From Patescibacteria group bacterium (GTDB taxonomy: Bacteria; Patescibacteriota; Microgenomatia; UBA10105; UBA927), in contig JBMOPU010000033.1 in assembly GCA_049322955.1 (NCBI GenBank), forward strand, positions 128,784 to 192,783: a stretch of 64,000 bases of DNA, given 5' to 3'. Below, piece by piece: positions 20,434 through 30,286 of the stretch (position 1 is its first letter; each line of letters starts with the position of its first letter). The notes beneath the pieces were generated by a model. The model ran no database searches, was not told where the DNA came from, and saw only the letters and a list, made by a program, of their open reading frames with translations. The translations under genes were made by a program, and so were the position numbers.

Positions 20434-20859
20434 ATGATACACACAATGCCAACTACCGTTGATCGTTCACACAAGCGCCTCGGACGGGGTCACGGATCAG
20501 GCCGAGGAAAGACGTCCGGGCGAGGAACAAAAGGGCAGAAGGCCCGGGGTACGATTCCTCCGCATTTTGAAGGAGGTCAGCTTTCCGTGATGAAGCGGTT
20601 GCCGTATCTTCGCGGAAAACAGAGAAACAAATCGCATCACGAAAAACCCGCGCGCGTACAAGTACAGCAACTTGCCGTTCTCTCCGCAGGATCAAAAGTG
20701 ACGCTTGAATTGTTGAAAAAGCATGACTTGGTTCCCGCCGATGCCTATGCGGCAAAGATACTCGGGAACGGAAAACTCGACGTTGCATTGACCGTTCAGG
20801 TTGCCTGTTCTCAGGGAGCTAAAACGATCATAGAAAAAGCCGGCGGAACGGTTGCGTAA
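20434..20859 (+). CDS. rplO: 50S ribosomal protein L15. It follows rpsE directly with no rpmD/L30 gene.
   Basis: L15-family Gly/Arg-rich N-terminus ([15 protein letters not shown]). Confidence 0.9.
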   Translation: MIHTMPTTVDRSHKRLGRGHGSGRGKTSGRGTKGQKARGTIPPHFEGGQLSVMKRLPYLRGKQRNKSHHEKPARVQVQQLAVLSAGSKVTLELLKKHDLVPADAYAAKILGNGKLDVALTVQVACSQGAKTIIEKAGGTVA

Positions 20860-20900
20860 TACGGGCCTTGCGTTTTCCTGATCTCAGGAATACAAATGGT

Positions 20901-22190
20901 ATGAATTCACTTTTGACTGCGCTTGTTAATAGTTGGAAGTCACCTGAACTGCGAAGGAAAATACTTCTCACCGCACTGATTTTTGTCATATTCCGAATAT
21001 TTGCCCATACTCCGATTCCCGGTATTGATCGGGATAAGCTGGCGCTTCTCTTTTCCCAGAATCAATTTTTGGGGCTTTTGGATATATTTTCTGGAGGAAC
21101 GCTTGTTAATTTTTCGATTCTTGCCTTGGGACTTAATCCGTATATCAATGCTTCCATCGTATTACAGCTTCTGACGATTGTATTTCCGAAACTTGAAGCA
21201 CTCCAAAAGGAAGGCGAATACGGCCGGGAAAAAATCAACCAATATACCCGTTTTCTTGCCGTTCCTCTTGCCGCCATGCAGGCGGTGGGTATGTACGTGT
21301 TATTGCGAAACCAGGGGATTGTCGGCGTTCTCGATCCGTTAACGCTTATCTCCATCGTGCTCACCATGACCGCAGGTACGTTGTTTGTGATGTGGCTCGG
21401 CGAACTCATCACCGAGTACGGGGTGGGTAACGGAATATCGCTTCTTATTTTTGCCGGTATCGTGGGAAGGCTTCCCGTGGTGCTATTCCAAACGGCAAGC
21501 ACGTTCCAACCGGAACAGCTCATGAATATGGTGATATTCGGCGTGGTTGCGCTGGTCGTGATTGCGGGAACCGTATTTATGAATGAGGCGGTGCGTCGTA
21601 TTCCCGTGCATTATGCGCGACGAATCCGCGGCAACCGCATGTACGGAGGCAATACCTCATACCTTCCGCTTCGTGTTAACCAGGCCGGCGTTATTCCCAT
21701 TATCTTTGCGGTCTCGTTAGTGCTTATCCCGTCGCTTTTGGGGGGATTCATGCAACAGCTTAGGAATCCGACGCTTGCCGGTATCGGAAGATTTTTCACG
21801 ACGGCATTTAATCCCGACGGCATTTCCTATAACGTGATTTACTTTTTCCTGGTGCTCGGTTTTACGTATTTTTATACCGCAATTACCTTTAATCCCACAA
21901 AGATAGCCGGAGAAATTCAAAAATACGGCGGCTTTATCCCCGGCATCAGACCGGGAACACCGACGGCAAATTATTTAAACTATATTCTGACAAGAATAAC
22001 GCTTGCGGGCGCATTGTTTTTAGGCGTCTTGGCGGTATTTCCTTCCATAGCACGAAGTATTTCGGGGTTGTCAACGTTACTTGTCGGAGGCACGGGGGTA
22101 TTAATCGTTGTCTCCGTCGTATTGGAAACCGTGAAGGCACTCGAAGCGCAACTTGTCATGCGCAACTATGAGGGTTTCATGGATAAATAG
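20901..22190 (+). CDS. secY: preprotein translocase subunit SecY
   Basis: Ten-TM SecY family. Start chosen at the ATG at 20901. The upstream track start at 20868 is a TTG codon. Confidence 0.9.
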   Translation: MNSLLTALVNSWKSPELRRKILLTALIFVIFRIFAHTPIPGIDRDKLALLFSQNQFLGLLDIFSGGTLVNFSILALGLNPYINASIVLQLLTIVFPKLEALQKEGEYGREKINQYTRFLAVPLAAMQAVGMYVLLRNQGIVGVLDPLTLISIVLTMTAGTLFVMWLGELITEYGVGNGISLLIFAGIVGRLPVVLFQTASTFQPEQLMNMVIFGVVALVVIAGTVFMNEAVRRIPVHYARRIRGNRMYGGNTSYLPLRVNQAGVIPIIFAVSLVLIPSLLGGFMQQLRNPTLAGIGRFFTTAFNPDGISYNVIYFFLVLGFTYFYTAITFNPTKIAGEIQKYGGFIPGIRPGTPTANYLNYILTRITLAGALFLGVLAVFPSIARSISGLSTLLVGGTGVLIVVSVVLETVKALEAQLVMRNYEGFMDK

Positions 22191-22288
22191 TCTTTTTGTC
22201 ATTCCGGGCGTGATCCGGAATCTCTCAGGTGAGCCGGATGGATCCTGAAACAAGTTCAGGATGACAAAAGAAAGGAATTACAGTAATT

Positions 22289-22834
22289 ATGAAAGTGATA
22301 CTTATCGGTATTCAGGGGTCGGGAAAATCGACACAAGGAAATATTTTAAGCGAGAAATTACACGTGCCGTATTTATCGAGCGGACACATCTTCCGCCAGA
22401 TGTCGCAGGAAAAAACGGCATGGGGAAGATACGTCAAGGAGACACTCAATGCGGGCTTTCTTATCCCGGACGAAAAAGCGATCCCCATCATCGAAGAATA
22501 TCTGGCAAAACCCGAATATAAAAACGGGTATATTCTTGACGGGTTTCCCCGAACCACAAAACAGGCGGAAGACTTTACCAACGGGGTTGATAAGGTCATT
22601 TATCTTAAAGTATCCGATAAGGAAGCGTTATGGCGATTAAGCGGTCGGATTGAAGAAGGAGTACGAGAAGATAACACGCTTCAGGCGATCAGAAACCGTA
22701 TTCAGCTTTTTCATGACGTGACGGAGCCGGTGCTCCATTACTACCGTGATCACGGAAGACTTCTTGAGGTTGATGGCGAGCAATCCATCGAAGAAGTCAC
22801 CTCTAAAATTCTCTCAGGTCTGGGGGTGTCGTGA
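22289..22834 (+). CDS. adk: adenylate kinase (short form, no zinc lid)
   Basis: P-loop GIQGSGKSTQ, NMP-binding and the characteristic fold. Canonical position after secY. Confidence 0.9.
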   Translation: MKVILIGIQGSGKSTQGNILSEKLHVPYLSSGHIFRQMSQEKTAWGRYVKETLNAGFLIPDEKAIPIIEEYLAKPEYKNGYILDGFPRTTKQAEDFTNGVDKVIYLKVSDKEALWRLSGRIEEGVREDNTLQAIRNRIQLFHDVTEPVLHYYRDHGRLLEVDGEQSIEEVTSKILSGLGVS

Positions 22835-23382
22835 AAAAAAACACGTATGTCGCAATCGTGGGGCTTCCCGGTTCCGGGAAGACCGTTGCCGCCCAATTTT
22901 TCCGACTTCGCGGTTTTTCCGTTCTTCGTTTCGGTGATGTCACCGACTCGGGGCTTGCCGAGTTAGGTCTGCCGCTCACCGAAGCCAATGAACGCAAATA
23001 CCGTGAGGAAATACGCGCAAAATTGGGTATGGGTGCGATGGCAATAAAGATCGAACCGCGTATCAGGGAAGCGGAAAAAACTTCGTCCCGTATAGCACTC
23101 GACGGCATGCGGAGTTTTGAAGAATACGTATATCTTAAGGAAAAATTTCCCGGTCTTGTCGTGTTATCGGTGTATGCCTCACCCGCTATCCGCTACGCAC
23201 GGCTTGCCGCACGGAAGGAACGACCGCTTACGCCGACAGAATCACAATCAAGAGATTACGCGGAAATAGAAAATTTACACTCGGGTGGTCCGATTGCCAT
23301 GGCGGATTATGTCATAAAAAATGAAAGTACCCCTGAAGCATTTGAGGCATCTCTTACCGAATTTTTAGCGACACTCTCATGA
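22831..23382 (+). CDS. archaeal-type UPF0200-family P-loop nucleotide kinase (dephospho-CoA-kinase-like/adenylate-kinase-like)
   Basis: Walker A GLPGSGKT, and the blocks ALDGMRSFEE, RYARLAARKER and ADYVIKN match the UPF0200 pattern. Confidence 0.6.
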   Translation: MKKNTYVAIVGLPGSGKTVAAQFFRLRGFSVLRFGDVTDSGLAELGLPLTEANERKYREEIRAKLGMGAMAIKIEPRIREAEKTSSRIALDGMRSFEEYVYLKEKFPGLVVLSVYASPAIRYARLAARKERPLTPTESQSRDYAEIENLHSGGPIAMADYVIKNESTPEAFEASLTEFLATLS

Positions 23383-24152
23383 AATCGGAAAACACCAACC
23401 AAAAAATAACGGCAATGCGGGAAGGGGGCGCGGTGCTCGGCGCCATATTGGATGAACTTCTCGACATCGCGGCTCCGGGAATTGCACTCCTGGAACTTGA
23501 ACAAATCGCACAAAAAAGGATAAAGGCCGCGGGCATGAAACCGTCGTTTTCCACCGTGGCGGATTATCAATGGGCGACCTGCCTGTGTGTGAATGATGTC
23601 ATCGTGCACGGTATTCCCACAAACTATGTGCTTACCGAAGGAGATCTGTTAACGATAGACATAGGTCTAATCAATCGCGGCTATCACACGGATACCGCCT
23701 GGTCAAAAGTTATCGGAGGTCCGGGATACCGGGTAAAACCCGACGTAGAGAAATTTTTGGCTACCGGAAAGGAAGCGCTCCAAAAGGCGATTGGTGAGGC
23801 ACGGCACGGAAATCATGTCGGCCATATATCGAAAATGTTACAGACGATCGTAGAAGGTGCGGGATACGGTATCGTTCGGCCGCTCGTCGGACACGGAGTA
23901 GGGAAAACGCTTCATGAAGAACCGCAAATACCGGGGTTTCTGAAAGGCGCGATAGAAAAAACGCCGAAATTGATAAGCGGCATGACCGTGGCTATTGAAG
24001 TTATCTATACCATGGGAAATCCCACCGTTTATTATCACGAAGACGGTTGGTCGATTGCCACGCGCGACCACTCGCTTTCGGCGGTCTTTGAACAAACCAT
24101 TGCCATAACCGAGAATGAGCCGACTATTCTGACACCCCCGCATGCGGTATGA
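23379..24152 (+). CDS. map: methionine aminopeptidase type I
   Basis: Pita-bread fold with metal ligands (D…D…H…E…E). Canonical position. Confidence 0.9.
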   Translation: MKSENTNQKITAMREGGAVLGAILDELLDIAAPGIALLELEQIAQKRIKAAGMKPSFSTVADYQWATCLCVNDVIVHGIPTNYVLTEGDLLTIDIGLINRGYHTDTAWSKVIGGPGYRVKPDVEKFLATGKEALQKAIGEARHGNHVGHISKMLQTIVEGAGYGIVRPLVGHGVGKTLHEEPQIPGFLKGAIEKTPKLISGMTVAIEVIYTMGNPTVYYHEDGWSIATRDHSLSAVFEQTIAITENEPTILTPPHAV

Positions 24153-24200
24153 TGCGCATCACTTGACGCAACCTTCATTGCGTATTACGCTTGGTGCAGA

Positions 24201-26204
24201 ATGAAGAAACTTCTTTTGTTTGTCGCATTGCTTCTTATCGTCGTTTCCGGGTATCGCTACACGCAGGGAAAAACAGGATCCGCAGGATCACCAAAGGTGA
24301 AGTTGTATTGGTTTATTCCTGACGGGATGCGTGCAGAACCGGATCTGTTTAATATTTACGCATGGGCAAAGGAAGGGAAGCTCCCCAATATCAAGAGACT
24401 CATGGATCGGGGCACCTACGGGTACTCATATCCTAATTTCCCCAGTCATACTCCGACGAATTTTGCGACGCTTTTAACGGGATCCATGCCGGAGGTCCAT
24501 GGGGTCGATGACGGTCCGATGCGGGAAGTAGGCAAACCGCTGGACGCCGTGGCGGTTCCCGGATTCCGATCGACCGCAAAAAAAGTCGCTCCGATTTGGA
24601 AAACCCTTGAAGAAGCGGGAATGAAGGTTGCCGTCCTATCTGTTCCCGGGAGTACCCCTCCCGAGATTCAAAAAGGAGTGGTCATTCGCGGCCGTTGGGG
24701 AGGATGGGGGGCGGATTTTGCGTCGTTGAACTTTGAAACGCTCGGCGATCTTACCCAACGAAAAAAACAGGGAAGGGCAACCAAGTTGTTCTTTTTCGGA
24801 CCCCAGCTTACCCAGTATATCGATAGTGTTGCACCCACCGGGTGGGAAAATCCGCCGATGAGTTTTTCTGATGCATCTGAAGTCACGCTTACCGGTTGGG
24901 GAACGCCGGTGTATGCCTATATCTATGACAGTACCAATGACGGCAAGAAAAACCCGGATCATGTACTCTTTTCGCTCGATAAAAAAACACCCCTCGGTGA
25001 TATCACTCCCGGTAGTTGGACCGACTGGCATCCGATCACCCTTACCTGGAAAACGGCGGATGCCGCAGTACCCGTCGCTTCGCATGTAAAAGCGGGTGTC
25101 ATAAAGCTGGGAGATAACGGTTTCTTCCGGATGCGGCTTTTGTATGACGCCTTAAACAAGAATATTACGTTCCCGGAAACCGCCGCTGACGTACTGCAAA
25201 AATCCGTGGGTCCCATGACCGATTTTGCAGACAATTTCCCTGCCCAGCTTATTTACTATCCGGAAGATAAGAAAGCGTTTATGGATGAGGCAAAATTATC
25301 CTTTGATTGGCATACCAAAGCGGTGGGAACGATGGTGAAAAACTTCACCCCCGATGTCGTTATTCATGATATCTACACGCCAAACCAAATGCTTACGAGT
25401 AAGTGGTGGATGGGCGGCATTGATCCCAAGAGCGCAACGTACAATACGATGGCTTCCGCGGATCGGGAAAAGCTTTGGCGTGAGGTGCAGGATATGTATG
25501 TGAATCTCGACACGATGGTCGGTGAAATTCTCAAGGTAGCCGATGCCAACACCTACATCGTGGTGAGTAGTGATCACGGTGCTGTTCCGCTTGATAGAAG
25601 CGTGAATCTTAACAATGTGTTTGCGAAGAAAGGGTGGTTGAAGTTTGCGATCGATCCCAAGACCGGGGAGCCGATTATTGATTGGGAGAAATCAACGGTA
25701 ATGTACCTCAAAATGGCACATGTCTACGTCAATCCAAACGGACTTGCCGGCAAATATACCCGGGCAAGCGGTCCCGCCTATGACGCATTGCGAAACGAGG
25801 TTATCGAAACGCTGAACAATCTTGCCGATGAAAACGGAACAAAGCCCGTCGTTGATATCGTCAAATGGGAAGATGCAAAGGCATATATGCAACTTGATCC
25901 CGATAGGATCGGAGATCTTGTCGTCGCCAATGCTCCCGGCTACGGATGGAATGAGGAAATGACCGCCGATCTTGCCTTCTTCTCTGTTCCCTCTGTCGCG
26001 GGATACAAACAGGCGATCAAAGCAATAGATGTTCCCGGTATGTGGACGCCGTTTATTATGGCGGGTCCGGGTATAAAGAAAAATAATTTTTTGGGGGACA
26101 AGCCGTTCTCGCTTATCCAACAATACCCCACCATCATGAAAGCGCTGGGAGTTGAGATACCGACGTTTGTTCAGGGGAAGCCGCTTGAAATATTCGGCAG
26201 ATAA
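24201..26204 (+). CDS. alkaline-phosphatase-superfamily nucleotide pyrophosphatase/phosphodiesterase (NPP/type I phosphodiesterase)-like ecto-enzyme with an N-terminal anchor
   Basis: FIPDGMRAE, a Thr-nucleophile block SHTPTNFATLLTGSMPEVHG and the SSDHG metal motif, all typical of the NPP family. 667 aa with a long C-terminal extension. Confidence 0.7.
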   Translation: MKKLLLFVALLLIVVSGYRYTQGKTGSAGSPKVKLYWFIPDGMRAEPDLFNIYAWAKEGKLPNIKRLMDRGTYGYSYPNFPSHTPTNFATLLTGSMPEVHGVDDGPMREVGKPLDAVAVPGFRSTAKKVAPIWKTLEEAGMKVAVLSVPGSTPPEIQKGVVIRGRWGGWGADFASLNFETLGDLTQRKKQGRATKLFFFGPQLTQYIDSVAPTGWENPPMSFSDASEVTLTGWGTPVYAYIYDSTNDGKKNPDHVLFSLDKKTPLGDITPGSWTDWHPITLTWKTADAAVPVASHVKAGVIKLGDNGFFRMRLLYDALNKNITFPETAADVLQKSVGPMTDFADNFPAQLIYYPEDKKAFMDEAKLSFDWHTKAVGTMVKNFTPDVVIHDIYTPNQMLTSKWWMGGIDPKSATYNTMASADREKLWREVQDMYVNLDTMVGEILKVADANTYIVVSSDHGAVPLDRSVNLNNVFAKKGWLKFAIDPKTGEPIIDWEKSTVMYLKMAHVYVNPNGLAGKYTRASGPAYDALRNEVIETLNNLADENGTKPVVDIVKWEDAKAYMQLDPDRIGDLVVANAPGYGWNEEMTADLAFFSVPSVAGYKQAIKAIDVPGMWTPFIMAGPGIKKNNFLGDKPFSLIQQYPTIMKALGVEIPTFVQGKPLEIFGR

Positions 26205-26212
26205 CGAATCGG

Positions 26213-26797
26213 TTATTCATTGCAGGAAAGGGCGTTTATCCTATCCGTGAATTCTTTTTCATGGGAAGTGAATTCCTGCGTTTCCGCAATGAGCTCGAGT
26301 TTGATGAGGAGTGATGATTTCGGACAATACAAAAAACCCATAATCCCCCTATACACCGCCTGATCCTGTGAACAGGAGCCGAATGTCAGACGATTGTTTA
26401 AAAAACCCGTAAAGTAACGGATCCCGTTTGCTTCCGTATAGCGAGGGATATACCGGTCGTCGCAAACGATCGCATCGGAGATTTCCCCGGGGTAAGGAGC
26501 CGGGGCCTTTTCAAAAAGAGCTTTCATGCGCGAGACGGCACCGTCAAGTTCCTGATCCGCTTGTTGTTTCAGCGTTTTTTTTGCTTCAATGCGAAGAAGG
26601 GAAGATGGTGACTCATAGAGCGCGCGATAGGTGTCAGCGGTATCAGCATACTCTTCTTTCAGATGAAATATCGTTCGGTTTGGTATGGTGATGCAAGTGA
26701 GATTTTCACATAGTGATACGGGAGAAATAAATCTGTCGCGGGCAAAAATTGCGAGAGCACCTGCGAGCAAAATATACATGATGACGCGAGTAGTCAT
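26213..26797 (-). CDS. hypothetical protein with an N-terminal TM anchor
   Basis: Open frame with a hydrophobic N-terminus. It is the only minus-strand gene inside the AP-enzyme insertion. No recognisable domain. Confidence 0.4.
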   Translation of the reverse strand: MTTRVIMYILLAGALAIFARDRFISPVSLCENLTCITIPNRTIFHLKEEYADTADTYRALYESPSSLLRIEAKKTLKQQADQELDGAVSRMKALFEKAPAPYPGEISDAIVCDDRYIPRYTEANGIRYFTGFLNNRLTFGSCSQDQAVYRGIMGFLYCPKSSLLIKLELIAETQEFTSHEKEFTDRINALSCNE

Positions 26798-26848
26798 AGG
26801 CGAGTATATATACTATAGTTGACTGTAGCACATTTTTGATTCGTCGCA

Positions 26849-28219
26849 ATGAAATCGTTAGCACTTTCGGTTCGTTTTTTGTACGGTATTCTCGGAGGAG
26901 TCTTTATCCTTTGTTCATTATTGCTTTTTTCTTTTTTTCGCCGCGATGATTCCTCGTTATCCTGTAAAGATTGCAATATCATATTTATTGAAATAGACCC
27001 GCTTCGTGCAGATGCCCTTAAAAGCACCGGAGGAATGAGAGAAGCACCGACGCTTGACGCATTGGCCAAGCGGGGGTATACGTTCACAAATGCCGTTGCC
27101 GCATCGTCCTGGACGTTGCCGTCTGCAATGAGTCTGATGACGGGTGTGTATCCATCACGGCACGGCATCATTAACAAAGAACTTTTGCGTGATTCCCCGA
27201 ATAAGGAAATTATTCCGGCATCACTGCAAGTAACGGCTCCGCATATTACTCCCTTGGTGACACTATTTCGTTCGCACGGATACGCAACCGGCGGTTTTGC
27301 CGGAGGAGCGGCGCTTGATCCCTCCTACGGATTTGCCGACGGCTTTGACGTGTATGAGAGCCCGGGAGATTTTGAGGATATAGCAAGCTCGTCGGCAAAA
27401 GCGATCGACTTTATACGGAAGAATAAAAATAAAAAAATCTTTGTGTTTCTTCACGGATTTGATGTGCACGGGCAATATATGCCCCCGCAAGGGTTGGATA
27501 AGCGGTTTGTTTCTTCTTCCTATAAGGGATCATTGATCGGAAATACGGTTGAACAAAAAGAACTCCGGGAGCAGGGGGTACGTCAGGGGTCAGTCTACAT
27601 CACCGATGATGATGCCATGTTTCTCCGGGCTATTTATGACGAAAAAGTTTCGCTTATGGATGCACGAATCGGGGAATTTCTCGCGGCGTACCATGCATTG
27701 GGATTGGAACAAAAAACCGTTATCGTTTTCAGTTCCCATCATGGAGAAGAATTTTATGAGCATGGGCGAATTGATCACGGTATGACGCTGTATGACGAGG
27801 TCCTCCGGGTACCGCTTATCGTCGTGCTTCCCGGTGGAGCAAAAGGAAAACGCATTGATCGTCAGGTAAGAAATGTTGATATCCTTCCCACTATTCTTGA
27901 TATTGTCGGTATACCAATACCCGCACGCATGGCGGAGTTGATCGACGGAGTAAGCGTGGTTCCTCTTATGCGGGGGAAAGAGTTGAAACTTGATGCCATT
28001 TCGGAAACAAGCTATCGATATGCGACGTTTCAGACTTCACTGAGGGGTGAAAACGGCTGGAAAATTATCTATGACAGGGAACAACAAGTAAAAAAGCTCT
28101 ATCATTACGCGGTCGACCCGGGAGAAGTCAACGACCGGTACGGTCAAAATGAGCCGGCTGAACAATCGTTAGTCAACAGGATACTGCAACACATAAACGG
28201 TGTCGCCGTCAAGCGATGA
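26849..28219 (+). CDS. sulfatase-like alkaline-phosphatase-superfamily hydrolase/transferase, membrane-anchored. Thr replaces the formylglycine Cys/Ser.
   Basis: Sulfatase-fold blocks (IFIEIDPLRADAL; FLHGFDVHGQY; SSHHGEEFYEHG). The signature reads SWTLPSAMSLMTG, with T at the C/S position and A at the R position. Confidence 0.7.
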   Translation: MKSLALSVRFLYGILGGVFILCSLLLFSFFRRDDSSLSCKDCNIIFIEIDPLRADALKSTGGMREAPTLDALAKRGYTFTNAVAASSWTLPSAMSLMTGVYPSRHGIINKELLRDSPNKEIIPASLQVTAPHITPLVTLFRSHGYATGGFAGGAALDPSYGFADGFDVYESPGDFEDIASSSAKAIDFIRKNKNKKIFVFLHGFDVHGQYMPPQGLDKRFVSSSYKGSLIGNTVEQKELREQGVRQGSVYITDDDAMFLRAIYDEKVSLMDARIGEFLAAYHALGLEQKTVIVFSSHHGEEFYEHGRIDHGMTLYDEVLRVPLIVVLPGGAKGKRIDRQVRNVDILPTILDIVGIPIPARMAELIDGVSVVPLMRGKELKLDAISETSYRYATFQTSLRGENGWKIIYDREQQVKKLYHYAVDPGEVNDRYGQNEPAEQSLVNRILQHINGVAVKR

Positions 28220-29840
28220 TATGAAGAACTTCAGACCTTTCCTAGTTATGCTCTTGGGAATCTCGGGAGTTGCCGTTCTGTTGTATGGACGGCAAATTAC
28301 CGAAAGTGTACGCAAAACGTCACTCCTCAACCGTACCATACGACACGCGCTGACGAAGAAACCTCCTTGTCCTGAGTGCAATATTTTGCTGATAAATTTG
28401 GATACCCTGCGTCCGTCCGAGATGCCCTGTTACGGATATTTCCGTGATACGTCTCCCAATTTATGCGCGTATGCGGCGAGTAATCAACGTTTCACTAACT
28501 TTTACACTCAAACCTCCTTTACTCTGGATAGCCATATGTCTATTTTTACCGGCCTATATCCTTCCACGCACCATATGGTTGAAGCGCTCAAGGATTTTTT
28601 GAATCCCGCTATACCGACGCTCGCGAAAACTTTGAAAGACAACGGATATCACACGGTGTGGGCGGGAGTAACCGATGACGTGAACCTTCCGCTTGACCGT
28701 GGTATGGGTACGGGATTTGATGAATTTTATACCTTGGACGGCAAAGAACCGGATTGGGTGAGCAAATACGTAAAACTGCTCCCGAAATTTTTGGAAGATA
28801 AGCCGACGTTTATGTTTCTTCATTCTTACGGAGTGCATTCACCGTATTTGGTAGGAAAGGGGCCGTACCGTTTTCTGACCCGCGTCAAACCGTCCGTTCC
28901 GCTGACGGAAGACGAATTTCAAGCAAAGTCACGCGGATTTTTTGAATTCGTTCTCGCCGAATTTACCGATCGGTTACGCGCAAGCAACACGAAAGAAAGT
29001 AAGGAGCGAAACGGAGCGATCGTACGAGAACTTTCCCGGGCGATACGCGCCAATGATCTGGATAAGGCGGAACAAATCACCTGGGAGTTCCCCGGATACG
29101 AAAGCTATAGCCTCTACATGAGCTGGTACTACCGACAGTTGTCGGAAGTGGGCACCGCCGTCGATGCCGCAACGATTGATTATTTAAAAACGCTGTACGA
29201 TGAACGAATTTATCAGGTGGATCAACAGCTTATGCCTCTTCTCGCCTTTCTTAATCGTCCCGAGGTAAAGAAAAAAACCATCGTTATATTCCTTTCCGAT
29301 AACGGTGAAGAATTTATGGAACACGGATTTTTGGATCACGGATGGAATATCTACAACACGGCGACGCATGCGCCTCTCATTCTTGCCGTTCCGGGGATGA
29401 AGAACGGTGTGCACCATGATTTAGTGCAGGCAATTGATATTATGCCGACGCTTTTGGATTTAGTCGGCATTCCCGCTCAAGGACCGATGGAGGGAATGAG
29501 CATTCTTCCGTTACTGGAAGGTCGGGGATTATCGTATATCGGTGAACGATATCTCATCGGCCAGTATAGCGGGGGTGATATTGTCTCGATACGAAATAAT
29601 CGCTGGAAGATGTACAAAAATACGAGACCTCGTGCTTATGTCGAGCTGTTCGATTTACTGAAAGATCCATTGGAGCAGAATAATGTCTTAGGTGAGCATT
29701 TGGACATAGCGGGGCGTCTGGATGAGGTCCTGACACGTCAATTGAATGCATCGCCCAAATATGCACCAGTTACGGGGGATTTCCCCAGTTGGCTGGATGA
29801 GGAAAAGCGAAATAGCCTCAAAAATGCGGGGTATTTTTAG
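28200..29840 (+). CDS. second sulfatase-like alkaline-phosphatase-superfamily protein (paralog of the preceding gene). Thr is at the nucleophile position.
   Basis: [12 protein letters not shown]; signature [14 protein letters not shown]; [11 protein letters not shown]; [17 protein letters not shown]. It overlaps the upstream paralog by 20 nt. Confidence 0.7.
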   Translation: MSPSSDDMKNFRPFLVMLLGISGVAVLLYGRQITESVRKTSLLNRTIRHALTKKPPCPECNILLINLDTLRPSEMPCYGYFRDTSPNLCAYAASNQRFTNFYTQTSFTLDSHMSIFTGLYPSTHHMVEALKDFLNPAIPTLAKTLKDNGYHTVWAGVTDDVNLPLDRGMGTGFDEFYTLDGKEPDWVSKYVKLLPKFLEDKPTFMFLHSYGVHSPYLVGKGPYRFLTRVKPSVPLTEDEFQAKSRGFFEFVLAEFTDRLRASNTKESKERNGAIVRELSRAIRANDLDKAEQITWEFPGYESYSLYMSWYYRQLSEVGTAVDAATIDYLKTLYDERIYQVDQQLMPLLAFLNRPEVKKKTIVIFLSDNGEEFMEHGFLDHGWNIYNTATHAPLILAVPGMKNGVHHDLVQAIDIMPTLLDLVGIPAQGPMEGMSILPLLEGRGLSYIGERYLIGQYSGGDIVSIRNNRWKMYKNTRPRAYVELFDLLKDPLEQNNVLGEHLDIAGRLDEVLTRQLNASPKYAPVTGDFPSWLDEEKRNSLKNAGYF

Positions 29841-29855
29841 GCACCAGCAGGCGTG

Positions 29856-29884
29856 TTGACCAATCGGCGATTATAGGGTACAAT
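29856..29884 (+). promoter_or_regulatory. sigma70-like promoter (TTGACC -17- TACAAT) upstream of infA. An 8-bp perfect hairpin follows at 29901-29923.
   Basis: -35 TTGACC at 29856-61. A 17-nt spacer. -10 TACAAT at 29879-84. The hairpin is ttccctct-ctaacta-agagggaa, followed by GTTTGTTGTT. Confidence 0.35.
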
Positions 29885-29938
29885 AAGAGTCTTCAACAAA
29901 TTCCCTCTCTAACTAAGAGGGAAGTTTGTTGTTATAAT

Positions 29939-30157
29939 ATGGCGCATCAGGGGAATATAGAGATAGACGGGGAAGTGGTAGAATGTCTGCCGAATACATT
30001 GTTCCGAGTTAAACTCGCCAATGGCCATATCGTGTTGTGTCATCTTTCGGGGAAAATGCGATTGCATTTCATCCGCATTATGCCGGGTGACCGGGTAAAG
30101 TTGGAGATGACACCGTACGATCCGGCAAAGGGAAGAATTACCTATCGGTTGAAGTAA
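29939..30157 (+). CDS. infA: translation initiation factor IF-1
   Basis: S1-like OB fold (…[31 protein letters not shown]…). Confidence 0.95.
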   Translation: MAHQGNIEIDGEVVECLPNTLFRVKLANGHIVLCHLSGKMRLHFIRIMPGDRVKLEMTPYDPAKGRITYRLK

Positions 30158-30164
30158 CGATTGT

Positions 30165-30278
30165 ATGAAAGTTCGAGCAAGTATTAAACCAATGTGTAGA
30201 AAATGTAAAATCGTCCGCAGACGAGGACGGGTTTATATCATTTGCGAGAACCCGAAACATAAACAGCGACAAGGATAA
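30165..30278 (+). CDS. rpmJ: 50S ribosomal protein L36 (37 aa, zinc-ribbon form). It is not in the ORF track because it is under 60 aa.
   Basis: Translated by hand as [37 protein letters not shown]. It sits between infA and rpsM as expected. Confidence 0.85.
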   Translation: MKVRASIKPMCRKCKIVRRRGRVYIICENPKHKQRQG

Positions 30279-30286
30279 AAACAACT

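Noticed and set aside
26849-29840. Annotating the two sulfatase-fold proteins as arylsulfatases
   Set aside because: The formylglycine-forming C/S-x-P-x-R signature is replaced by T-L-P-S-A and T-L-D-S-H. A Thr nucleophile is characteristic of phosphoryl-transfer members of the superfamily, not sulfatases.
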